Origin: Candidatus Hydrogenedentota bacterium
GTDB taxonomy: Bacteria > Hydrogenedentota > Hydrogenedentia > Hydrogenedentales > JAEUWI01
DNA: 64,000 nucleotides
Assembly: GCA_034669905.1 (NCBI GenBank)
Contig: JAXMOL010000016.1
Location: 64,001 to 128,000 of the forward strand
Direction of reading: 5' to 3'
The notes under the pieces are model-generated. The model did not search any database and was not told where the DNA came from. It saw only the letters and a program-made list of their open reading frames with translations. Shown here piece by piece: positions 8,938 to 17,980 of the stretch. Each line of letters opens with the position of its first letter. Position 1 is the first letter of the stretch. The position numbers were made by a program, and so were the translations under genes.

Positions 8938-10173
8938 TCACTCCAACGTCACACTCGCGAAGGACACAATTCCCCCGTTGGGGTCGTGGGCGTAGTCATA
9001 GTGGTGCTGGGTACCCTGGCTCACCGTGCCGTCGAGGGTCTTTAGCGTGGCGTAAATGCAATTCAGTCCGCAGACCTTCCGCTCGTTGAAGTCCTTCATC
9101 ACCGAGGCATAGAACCCGTCAGCGTCGATTTTCCCCGCCACAATGTGGGACAGATCTTCCGTGTCCCGTCCGGCCACATCGGCCACCACTCCGTCGTCGA
9201 TGTCGAAGGGGTCCCCGAAGGTCTTCCCCACATGGGCCAGATCGGCCCCCGCAATCACCGCCGCACGGCCCCCATACTCGGCCACAATGGTCCGGCACTC
9301 TTCCAGAAACTTCGTCACCGGCTCCAACTTCGCCGGCTCTGGTCTTCCCGGCTCCATGGAAAAACAGGAGCACAGGATAGGCACAATCTTCACATCGGGC
9401 CCATAGTGGTAGGCCAGCATGACCGCCTGAAATTCAATGGAGTGCTCCGTGCGGTGTCGGCCCTCCCATTCGTAGGGCTCCCACGAACAGGCGCCTTCCA
9501 GACGGGTCAGGATATCCTGGTCCGTCTCCACCTTTCCCAGCGGCGTATCAAAATGCTTGCGCGTCAGGATAAAGGGCACCGGTGCGCCCGCGTGGGCCAC
9601 GCCGAAGACAAAGACGACCTCGGGTTTGGGTCGGGCGAAGAGCTGGCCATAGCCATGGGCATAGCCCGCCATCCCTCGGTGGAAATCGATGTGGGGCACG
9701 ATCAGTCCGGGCAAAGGCGCGTCGCCCGATACCCCATCCGGTGCCGCGCCAGGCCCCTTTTCACACGTAAAGAACGAATCGATAAAGGCCCGTAGCTGCG
9801 CCGGGTCCTCCGGGTAGGAGCGGCCCGCCAGATAGGCCGGTCGGGTCTTGGTGCTGGCAAACTGCCGGTCCACCCGCTCCTGTATCGCCTCGAACTGACG
9901 ATTCAGCAGAAACCCATTGTCATCCAGGTAATCAACGATTTCCTGAATTTGCGCTTCGGAGACTTCGCTACCAAACTGCTCCCGAAAAGAGGCCTGGATA
10001 GCCGCCATGTCCGACGTCCCATCCAGGGAGGCGGCGATAAAAAACGCCGGTGTCGTGAACATCAGCTGGGTATCCACATAACCGCTGGGGTCGTGGATCG
10101 CGATAAAGGTCTCACCCTCGTGTTCCACGGGGGCCGCATCGATATTTCGTAAGGGGGCAAAGGCGTCGCTCAT
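8938..10173 (-). CDS. amrB: AmmeMemoRadiSam system protein B (MEMO1 family)
   Basis: AGRSYP, IVPHID, GVAH, F.TPLG, H.TEHSIEFQ, ADLAHVG, VCG motifs. Confidence 0.9.
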   Translation of the reverse strand: MSDAFAPLRNIDAAPVEHEGETFIAIHDPSGYVDTQLMFTTPAFFIAASLDGTSDMAAIQASFREQFGSEVSEAQIQEIVDYLDDNGFLLNRQFEAIQERVDRQFASTKTRPAYLAGRSYPEDPAQLRAFIDSFFTCEKGPGAAPDGVSGDAPLPGLIVPHIDFHRGMAGYAHGYGQLFARPKPEVVFVFGVAHAGAPVPFILTRKHFDTPLGKVETDQDILTRLEGACSWEPYEWEGRHRTEHSIEFQAVMLAYHYGPDVKIVPILCSCFSMEPGRPEPAKLEPVTKFLEECRTIVAEYGGRAAVIAGADLAHVGKTFGDPFDIDDGVVADVAGRDTEDLSHIVAGKIDADGFYASVMKDFNERKVCGLNCIYATLKTLDGTVSQGTQHHYDYAHDPNGGIVSFASVTLE

Positions 10174-10378
10174 AGTGCCCCACTATATCGGGCTTTACGT
10201 GGGGACGCAAGGATAAAATAACTCCCCTTTCAGACGCCCCATTTCCGATGAATACATCCCCTTCCAAATCGTCTTATTCCGTGACGGGTTGGGCCATGAC
10301 ATCGGTCCCCGTTCGTGGTAGAATTAACGGCAGCGCCCCCGTTAACCGGGGTTTCGGCGCTAGAAAGACAGGTTTCCC

Positions 10379-10750
10379 ATGAAAAAATTCGCACTTTGCA
10401 CCCTATTGCTGACCGGACTCGTCCTCGCGGGCTGTAACACGACGCCCACGCAAGATGGAGCCATTCTGGGAGGCGCTCTGGGTGCCGGACTCGGTGCTGT
10501 CGTCGGCCACCAATCGGGCCACCAGGGGGAAGGCGCCCTCATCGGTGCCGGTGTCGGTGCCATTACCGGTGCCATTGTGGGCGATCAGGTGGATGAATCG
10601 CGCAACCGGACCTATCCGCAGAACCGCAACACCCACCCCCAGCCCACGGCCCAGCCGACACGCACGCAAAACGGCCATTACGACGTTCGGATTGTTCGGA
10701 CGCCTTCGGGGGAAACCTACGAAGAGAGAGTGTGGGTGCCCTATAACTAA
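10379..10750 (+). CDS. glycine-zipper lipoprotein
   Basis: LAGC lipobox; GAILGGALGAGLGAVVG...GALIGAGVGAITGAIVG. Confidence 0.85.
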   Translation: MKKFALCTLLLTGLVLAGCNTTPTQDGAILGGALGAGLGAVVGHQSGHQGEGALIGAGVGAITGAIVGDQVDESRNRTYPQNRNTHPQPTAQPTRTQNGHYDVRIVRTPSGETYEERVWVPYN

Positions 10751-11078
10751 GTCACCACGCAATTTCCTGTCTCAACGCCAATGGCGCACGATAGGCCTGA
10801 TCACCTTGGCCGCGTGCGCCTTTATGGCGTGGTATGGCACCCGGGACGGCTTCAACGACCAGGAAGCCCGGGCGCTGTTTATTTACTGGGGGTTCTTCGT
10901 CCTGTTCTTTTTGACGACCCTCTATATGGCCCTCCTCGACATCCGCTATATCTTCCTCGAGTTTAAACTCGGTGAGCGGGAAGTCTTCGACGACACCATC
11001 GGCAACGAAGCGTTTCGCCAGGCCATCCGCGACGCGCAGCAGGCCAATCAGGCACCCGGCGACAGGGAAGACCGCTGA
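10740..11078 (+). CDS. hypothetical two-TM membrane protein (start uncertain)
   Basis: 3' part of ORF 10455..11078 has two hydrophobic helices and a charged tail; no clear ATG/GTG near 10750. Confidence 0.55.
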   Translation, partial: PITKSPRNFLSQRQWRTIGLITLAACAFMAWYGTRDGFNDQEARALFIYWGFFVLFFLTTLYMALLDIRYIFLEFKLGEREVFDDTIGNEAFRQAIRDAQQANQAPGDREDR

Positions 11079-11171
11079 ACTTCCTTCTCGGCTTGCGCAA
11101 CACCCCGTGTTTATGGTTTGATCAACACGATTCTTGTTAATCTACTTTTTCACCACGCGGAGAACTCGCGC

Positions 11172-12086
11172 ATGAAGTACATCGCCTCAATACTTTCTGT
11201 TGGACTACTCCTCACCGGATGTGGCTCAAGCCCAACCGTACAGACGAGCAAGGCCGTCGACGAGCAGGGCCTGGCCATTGCCGCGCTGGAAAAGAAAGAA
11301 AAGCTGAACTTCGGCGATGTCGAAGCCACGGTCAACATCGAAGTTACGGTAAAAGAAGAAGACGTGCCCCTGGGGAGCAGCGCCGATGAATTGCGCGCCC
11401 AGTACCACAAAAAGCTTACGTCGGCCAGTGCCGATATCAAGGGCCTGGCCCCCACCTCCCTCATGACCAATATCTTCCTCAAGACCAAGACGGACTTTAC
11501 CCACACCCCGGTCATCCTGCGCGGTAAAATGCTGCGCGAAATCGAAATTGGAAAACGGGAAGAAATCTATACCTTCACCACCGTGATCGATAGCCCTACC
11601 ATTGCGGGCGGCAAGGCTCCCATGCAACCGAGTAACTACGACTGGGAATTCAAAGTCGATGCCTTCCAGGGACTGTCCGCGTTGCCCGAGACCATGTTAC
11701 TCCACGTCGAAGCCGAAGCCATTCTGCTCGAGCCGGATACGGATCTCGCCTCCTTGGATATCGAGACCTTCCCCGGCAACATAGACAATTCGGGCTACTT
11801 GCTCAGCAACCCCTTGCGTATCAATTACGTGCCGTTAGTCGGCAATGCCCCCGCTGCCGAAGCACCCGCTACCGAAGCACCCGCTACCGAAACACCCGCT
11901 ACCGAAACACCCGCTACCGAAACCCCCGCTGCCGAAGCACCCGCAACCGAAGCACCCGCAACCGAAGCACCCGCAACCGAAGCACCCGCTACCGAAACAC
12001 CCGCTACCGAAACACCCGCAACGGAAGCACCCGCAACGGAAGCACCCGCAACGGAAGCACCCGCAACGGAAACGCCGGCGGCATGA
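11172..12086 (+). CDS. lipoprotein with C-terminal [AT]PA[TA]E repeat tail
   Basis: GGAG RBS, LTGC lipobox, low-complexity tail. Confidence 0.85.
   Translation: MKYIASILSVGLLLTGCGSSPTVQTSKAVDEQGLAIAALEKKEKLNFGDVEATVNIEVTVKEEDVPLGSSADELRAQYHKKLTSASADIKGLAPTSLMTNIFLKTKTDFTHTPVILRGKMLREIEIGKREEIYTFTTVIDSPTIAGGKAPMQPSNYDWEFKVDAFQGLSALPETMLLHVEAEAILLEPDTDLASLDIETFPGNIDNSGYLLSNPLRINYVPLVGNAPAAEAPATEAPATETPATETPATETPAAEAPATEAPATEAPATEAPATETPATETPATEAPATEAPATEAPATETPAA
11847..12083 (+). repeat. 15-bp coding tandem repeat, 15 full copies plus one partial
   Basis: (G/A)CACCCGC(T/A)ACCGAA units. Confidence 0.95.
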
Positions 12087-12886
12087 ATATCGTCTGCTTT
12101 GGGGCCCATCCCGATGATGGGGAAGTTTATGCGGGCGGCACGCTGATTAAGTGGAGTCAGGCGGGACACCGGGTCTTATTGGTTTCCATGACCAACGGGG
12201 ATATCGGCCACCACGAAATGAGTGGTGGGGAACTGGCCCGCAAACGGGCCGAAGAGGCCCGTCGCTCCGCAGCGATTGGCGGCTTCAGCGAGCGCATCCT
12301 GGACAACCACGACGGCGAGTTACTCCCCACGATGGCCCTCCGGAAAGAAGTGGTCCGCATCATCCGGGAGTGGAAAGCCGACATCGTGCTGACCCACCGT
12401 CCCTATGACTACCATCCCGACCACCGCTATGCCGCCATGGCCGTGCAAGACGCGGCCTACATGGTCATGGTGCCCAACTTCTGCGCCGACACCCCGGCCC
12501 TGTCACGAAATCCCATCTTTCTCTACATGATGGATAGCTTCACCCGGCCCTATCCCTTTCAGACCGACATCGCAGTCGATGTGGGTGCCGTGATGGAAAC
12601 CAAGTGGGCAATGCTGGATGCCATGGATTCCCAATTCTACGAGTGGCTTCCGTGGATACTGAAAAGTGAAACGCCCGTCCCCGAGGCACCCGAGGCCCGC
12701 AAGGGCTGGCTGAAGGATACATGGGACGGCTACTTCCGCTCTCACACGGCCGAAGCCCGTGAGGCCCTGATGCGCCACTATGGTGCCGAAAAAACGCCCC
12801 ACATTGATTATGTAGAGCGCTTCGAGCTTTGCGAATACGGCAGCTGCCCGCCCCTCGACGAAGTCCGCGCCCTCTTCCCCACCTGA
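12083..12886 (+). CDS. PIG-L/LmbE family deacetylase
   Basis: GAHPDDGE, TNGD.G, DYHPDHR; ATGA overlap with upstream stop. Confidence 0.92.
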   Translation: MNIVCFGAHPDDGEVYAGGTLIKWSQAGHRVLLVSMTNGDIGHHEMSGGELARKRAEEARRSAAIGGFSERILDNHDGELLPTMALRKEVVRIIREWKADIVLTHRPYDYHPDHRYAAMAVQDAAYMVMVPNFCADTPALSRNPIFLYMMDSFTRPYPFQTDIAVDVGAVMETKWAMLDAMDSQFYEWLPWILKSETPVPEAPEARKGWLKDTWDGYFRSHTAEAREALMRHYGAEKTPHIDYVERFELCEYGSCPPLDEVRALFPT

Positions 12887-13002
12887 GTTAACTCGGGCGC
12901 CCCCCGATTCGTAGCTTGAATCGACGAGAAGAGGGGCTATTTCGCCAGCGACGTTCATCGGGCGTACCGGACGATTCTCGGCTGGAGGCCCGACGTCCCA
13001 GG

Positions 13003-13039
13003 TGACTTGACCCCCCCCCAGCCCCTCCAAGGAGGGGAG
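13003..13039. repeat. solo arm of the CCCCTCC/GGAGGGG palindromic family
   Basis: TGACCCCCCCCCAGCCCCTCCAAGGAGGGGA matches the right arms at 32740-32769 and 35434-35465. Confidence 0.7.
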
Positions 13040-13104
13040 CAATCTCTGAGATCGGCCGGAGCGCTCGCGGTAGGCTCAATGACCTGCTGCGACGAAGCAG
13101 ACCC

Positions 13105-16100
13105 CTAGTTTTCGTCGCCCAGCAGACGTCGATACACCTGCCAGGCCTGTTGGTCCTCGTCCCGCACGACCCAGCACAGATCCAGTCCCCCGGAGTCAGG
13201 TCGCCGCTGAAGGGTATGGACGGTCTCCCCGGGAAGCCCGAGAGATTCCGCGCCATTGGGTCCATCCAACCACAGGCTTCCGTCCAGCACGGTGGTCGCG
13301 TAGTCACCACCACGTTCCACCACGAGCGCGCGGGGCACGCCGATATTTTCGCCCGCCAACGCCGGTATCACCTGGGCATCATGCCCATTCAGCTGAACCC
13401 GATAGTTGGCTCCGCGGGGCAGGACCAGGCGCAGCTGCTGCGGGCCCTCCGATGCCAGCACAACCGTTCCGGGCGCTGCGGGGTAGTCGAATGCTGACAT
13501 GCGGACGGATTCTCCCCCGCTGTCACCGGTGAGCAGCAGAAGTGTCGATGTACCGTCGTCTCCAACCTGTCGACAGGCCTGGACGATCGTGTCGTCTTCC
13601 AAGGCAATAAGGCCCTCACCGTAGAGGGCGCCATCCCCATAGACGATGCGGTCCCACTGGTGGACACCGGCGGCATCGAAGCCCGCCAGATAGACAGCGG
13701 TTCCGTCCACGCCCTCGAGCGTCCCCCCAATCACCAGCGCGCCACGCTTTGTCACCGCCAACCCGGTCAGCGTCAGGGGCTGCTCCGTCTCCAGTGCAAT
13801 TGCCCAGCGCTGCATACCATCGGCATCCAGGCGCGCCAGCACCACATCCGCAGGCCCTGTCCCGTTTTTCGCCAGGTTGCCGGCCACCCAGACGTCGTCG
13901 GAATCATTGGTCGCCACGAGGTACAAGGTCGTCGCCCAGAGTTCCGGCCCGGACAAACGCCGCTTGGCCCCTGAAGCATTGAAAAGGTTTTCCTTCAGCA
14001 AGGTATCGGCAGCGATAAAGGTACGTACCGTAAGCGAAACATCCTGCGGTATCGTGTCAAAGGCAACCCCGGGATAGATGACGGTCGGGTTGGCCTCTTC
14101 GGCGCCTTCTTCGGCAAAGATGGCCGACGCCCCGAAGTCCCAGGTCTGATTGAGGATGGGGGAATCGCCGGGTGTCGACATGTTGATGAAGGAAACCGTC
14201 ACCGGATCTTCCGCATCGCCCCCCCGGGTAACCGACTGACTGAAGAGGGCCGTTGGACCCCGCTGGGCCGTAATGAAGTCTTTCTCCGTCACCGAGAAGT
14301 TGCCGCCCGCCGTGGTGATGGTCAGGCTTACGGTGTAGGTGCCCGGGTCGACAAAGACATGGACCGGATTCTGCTCCGTGCTGGTCATGCCATCACCGAA
14401 GTTCCAGTTCCACCCCGTAATCTCAAAGTTACCCGGCTCCGTGATATCGAGCAGGGAAGCCTCAAAGGGCGCCGGTCCCATGGGTTGCACATTGTCAATC
14501 GCCACCATGGGGGTAACCAGAATGAAATCGGTCTTCGCGGTAGTCGTGTCGCCCTGACTCGTGGTAACGGTCAGCGCCACCGAATATTGCCCCGGCGTGT
14601 AGTCATGGGTCGGATGCTGTTCGTCGCTCACGATACCGTCGCCAAAGTCCCACATCCACCCGGTTATTTCGAGGGCCCCCGCATCCGTCAGGTCCGTGAA
14701 GTTTACGGTCAACGTCCCGGCACCCTGCTGCACATCGGCGCTGAAGTCGACTTCGGGCCCCACCTTGATGAAGTCCGTTTCCGTCACGGTCGTATCACCC
14801 AGGGCCGTCGTCACCCGCAGTGACACCGTATAGGTGCCAATATTCTGGTAGGTGTGGCTCGGATTCTGTGCGGTGCTGTTCATTCCATCACCGAAATCCC
14901 AAAACCAGGAAAGTATATTGAGATTACCCGCATCCGTCTGGTCCGTGAAATTCACGTCCAGCGTGCCCTGGCCCGTCGTCGCACTGGCACCGATGGCTAC
15001 CACGGGGTCCACACGCACCAGCCCGCCCTTGACGGCCCGCGTCCCCCCGTTTTCGGTCGTCGTCTCGAGCGAGACGGTATAGACCCCCGGCGTGGCGTAG
15101 GTATAGACAGGGCTCTGTTCTTCGCTGGTGCCCCCGTCGCCAAAGTCCCAGGCCCAGGCCGAAATCTCGAAACTACCTGCGGCCGTCTCGTCGGTGAAGG
15201 TCACTTCCAAAGGCGGCGCACCGGTGACCGGATCCGCACTGAATGCCGTGGTGGGCGAAACGGTGATGTAGCCCGCCTCGGTCGCCACGCTGTCGCCGAG
15301 ATCCGTCGTGACGGTCAGGCGCACATCATAAACCCCCGGCTCCGTGTAGGTATGCTCCGGATTCTGCTCCGTGCTCATACCCCCGTCACCAAATTCCCAC
15401 GCCCAGGCCGTAATCTCGAAATCCCCCGTTGAAGACTGGTCCACAAACTGGACCCTGAGGGTACCTTCACCGCGGGTCTGATTGCCGGAAAAGGCAACGC
15501 CGGGCAGCACCGTAATATAATCGGTCTGCTCCAGGGTATCGGAGCCCACAGGCGTCGTCACCTTGAGAGACACGGTGTAGACCCCCGGCACATTATAGAC
15601 CCGGGTTGGATTCTGCCGGGTACTGAGTAAGCCCCCATCACCAAAATCCCAGAGTCGATTGGATATCGCCATCGAACCGGCCGAAGACTGATCCGTAAAG
15701 ACCACCGACAGGGGGGCCGCTCCCATAAGGGGCGCGCCCGAGAAAGCCGCCGTCGGTCCTTCTTCCACCACGATCAGGTTTTCCCGCAAGACCGTGTCGG
15801 AACCCACTTCGGTCTCAATGGTCAGAGAAACCGAATAGACACCGGGGGTGGCATAGACATAGGTCGGGTTTTGCTCCGTGGACATGCCGCCGTCCCCGAA
15901 ATCCCAGGCCCAGCCCGTGATGGCCGCGGTGCCCGCATCCGACGTGTCGGTAAAGGTTACGCTGAGGGGCGCCGTTCCGGGGGCGTAGTTGCTCTCGAAA
16001 TCGGCCACCGGATTGCCCGCCACGTTGATGTACTGGACCAACTCCAGGCTATCCGTGCCCACCGAAGTGGTCACCGTAAGTGACACCGTGTAGAGCCCCG

Positions 16101-16614
16101 GCGCGTCATAGACATGAACGGGATTCTGCTCGGCACTCGTGGGGCTTCGGTCCCCGAAATTCCATTGCCAGTCGATTATCTCGGAAGAACCTGGCTCCGA
16201 CAGGTCACGAAAGTTCACCGTCAACGGCGCGTTGCCCAGCACTGGTGTGGCCTCAAAGGCCGCGGTCGGTGGCTCGACCACCTCTATATAGTCGCGCCGG
16301 AGTGCCGTGTGGGTGCCCACGCTGGTCGTGACCGTCAACGAAACGGTATACGTGCCCGGCATGGTGTAAACATGACTCGGATTCCGTGAGGTGGAGCTAC
16401 TGCCGTCCCCAAAGTCCCACTGCCACTCGGCAATGTTCGCCGTACCGGCCTCAGACGCGTCCACAAAGAGCACGGTCAACGGGGCCTCCCCCGTGGTGGG
16501 TGACCCCTCAAAGGCACTCTCCGGCGACGCCAGAAAGGGATTTAACAACGGACAACCACATAGGCTGACCGCAAGCAGGCAGAGGGCCGAAAATCGAATA
16601 CTGGTGCGCGTCAT
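13105..16614 (-). CDS. secreted/lipoprotein with about 10 tandem PKD domains and a C-terminal beta-rich domain
   Basis: Signal ending LCGCP; ten W.W[DNE]FG[DA] / NP.H.Y..PG.Y.VSLT units. Confidence 0.92.
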   Translation of the reverse strand: MTRTSIRFSALCLLAVSLCGCPLLNPFLASPESAFEGSPTTGEAPLTVLFVDASEAGTANIAEWQWDFGDGSSSTSRNPSHVYTMPGTYTVSLTVTTSVGTHTALRRDYIEVVEPPTAAFEATPVLGNAPLTVNFRDLSEPGSSEIIDWQWNFGDRSPTSAEQNPVHVYDAPGLYTVSLTVTTSVGTDSLELVQYINVAGNPVADFESNYAPGTAPLSVTFTDTSDAGTAAITGWAWDFGDGGMSTEQNPTYVYATPGVYSVSLTIETEVGSDTVLRENLIVVEEGPTAAFSGAPLMGAAPLSVVFTDQSSAGSMAISNRLWDFGDGGLLSTRQNPTRVYNVPGVYTVSLKVTTPVGSDTLEQTDYITVLPGVAFSGNQTRGEGTLRVQFVDQSSTGDFEITAWAWEFGDGGMSTEQNPEHTYTEPGVYDVRLTVTTDLGDSVATEAGYITVSPTTAFSADPVTGAPPLEVTFTDETAAGSFEISAWAWDFGDGGTSEEQSPVYTYATPGVYTVSLETTTENGGTRAVKGGLVRVDPVVAIGASATTGQGTLDVNFTDQTDAGNLNILSWFWDFGDGMNSTAQNPSHTYQNIGTYTVSLRVTTALGDTTVTETDFIKVGPEVDFSADVQQGAGTLTVNFTDLTDAGALEITGWMWDFGDGIVSDEQHPTHDYTPGQYSVALTVTTSQGDTTTAKTDFILVTPMVAIDNVQPMGPAPFEASLLDITEPGNFEITGWNWNFGDGMTSTEQNPVHVFVDPGTYTVSLTITTAGGNFSVTEKDFITAQRGPTALFSQSVTRGGDAEDPVTVSFINMSTPGDSPILNQTWDFGASAIFAEEGAEEANPTVIYPGVAFDTIPQDVSLTVRTFIAADTLLKENLFNASGAKRRLSGPELWATTLYLVATNDSDDVWVAGNLAKNGTGPADVVLARLDADGMQRWAIALETEQPLTLTGLAVTKRGALVIGGTLEGVDGTAVYLAGFDAAGVHQWDRIVYGDGALYGEGLIALEDDTIVQACRQVGDDGTSTLLLLTGDSGGESVRMSAFDYPAAPGTVVLASEGPQQLRLVLPRGANYRVQLNGHDAQVIPALAGENIGVPRALVVERGGDYATTVLDGSLWLDGPNGAESLGLPGETVHTLQRRPDSGGLDLCWVVRDEDQQAWQVYRRLLGDEN

Positions 16615-16859
16615 GGGACTCCAATTCAGTTCTTCATTGAATCTGCACGGTAGAGCATACTATAGAAAACCTGCCCAAAAGAATAAAGTTCTCCCCTCGG
16701 AGCCCCATCCGTCGGGGCGGCCATGCGAAAGGGGAATGACGGCAATTAGGACGAAAACGGATTAGGTGGTACACTGTGGGGAAGGGCGACGTGAAGCGCC
16801 TCCCTTCCCTTAGAATCTCAAAAACACCCCTCTGGGGGAAAAGGTACAAGGGAATTCTT

Positions 16860-17054
16860 ATGTCCTACAATGCACATACCGCCGATCAGTCCAATCTCGC
16901 GGACTGGTCCTTTTTTCTTCCCTGGGAAGAAGATGAAATTCTGGCCACGTATATTATTCCCCATGTCGAAACGGTGGCCCGTGCCCATCAGTGGCTCTGG
17001 CATGAGGGCCGTTGCTACTTCGGTCAGATCCCGCAGGGCGGCGACCCTAGCTGA
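16860..17054 (+). CDS. possible small hypothetical protein (64 aa)
   Basis: ATG after AAGGGAA; Trp-rich; divergent from the PKD gene; no recognisable domain. Confidence 0.35.
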   Translation: MSYNAHTADQSNLADWSFFLPWEEDEILATYIIPHVETVARAHQWLWHEGRCYFGQIPQGGDPS

Positions 17055-17883
17055 AATGGGGCTGGTTAGGCGGTGAAGGGGGAACTCCCGCGCGCAGATT
17101 CCGCTCATAGGCCACGGAGCAATAGATCTTGTCACCCAACGCCTGGCTGAGCGGATCGGCATCTTCACTGCAAAATCCGAGATGGGAATGGCGACGCCAT
17201 CCTTCCGCATGTTCAAAGACGGTGCTCCACCGACCCACTTCCGCCGACATGGCGTCCATGGTGTCCAGATAGGAATCCAGCCCCTGGGTCTTGTCGAGCC
17301 ATTCTTTCTGACTGCGGTGACAGGCGAGGGCATCCCGCTTTTCCTGTAACACCGAGCCCACATCGACAAACTGCCCTGGTTGCACATAACGGCGCATCCC
17401 ATCGCGAAGCCCGTAGGGCAAGGCATGGTAGATGGTCACATCCTGGGTGGTGGGATTCCGTGGCGGCGTCGTGAGGAAATTGGGCATCCCTCGGACGAAG
17501 GCCCCCGAGACCGCGAGGCGGCTGGAATTCGTATGGTCTTCCATATAGTCTTCCGGCGAAGGTGCCAGGATAATCGTTGGCCGGGCCACCCGGATGATTC
17601 CGGCCGTTTTTCGCAGCAACTCGGTGCTGTACATGATTTCCAGGTCATCCCCAATGGGATCATGCAGCCGGGCACCAAGCACCCGGGCCGCATTCCGGGC
17701 TTCTTCCAGCCGGCGGGCCGCAGTGGCCTGGCGATCTTCTTCCATCGAGCCACAGCAGCCCGAGGCGAGATTGACCATATGCAACTTGTATCCGGCCTGG
17801 CCCAGTAGATAGAGGGTGCCCGCCATCATAAACTCGATATCATCCGGGTGGGCCGCAATGGCCAGGGCGACGGGTTGAGACAT
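17047..17883 (-). CDS. PIG-L/LmbE family deacetylase
   Basis: AAHPDDIEF, DYMEDH, ALACHRSQ. Confidence 0.92.
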   Translation of the reverse strand: MSQPVALAIAAHPDDIEFMMAGTLYLLGQAGYKLHMVNLASGCCGSMEEDRQATAARRLEEARNAARVLGARLHDPIGDDLEIMYSTELLRKTAGIIRVARPTIILAPSPEDYMEDHTNSSRLAVSGAFVRGMPNFLTTPPRNPTTQDVTIYHALPYGLRDGMRRYVQPGQFVDVGSVLQEKRDALACHRSQKEWLDKTQGLDSYLDTMDAMSAEVGRWSTVFEHAEGWRRHSHLGFCSEDADPLSQALGDKIYCSVAYERNLRAGVPPSPPNQPHFS

Positions 17884-17980
17884 GTGAAAACTCCTGCATG
17901 CTGTGACGGGTTCTGCGCGAGGTCCCGTTCTTTGGTAGGTATACTGAGGGCTATTACCTTATAGGCCAGAACCCGGCTAA

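Noticed and set aside
11847..12083. Possible non-coding or CRISPR repeat
   Set aside because: Contiguous in-frame 15-mers without spacers; a coding VNTR
16700..16812. c-di-GMP riboswitch-like sequence
   Set aside because: Only a superficial GAAA-loop resemblance; the stems do not pair as required
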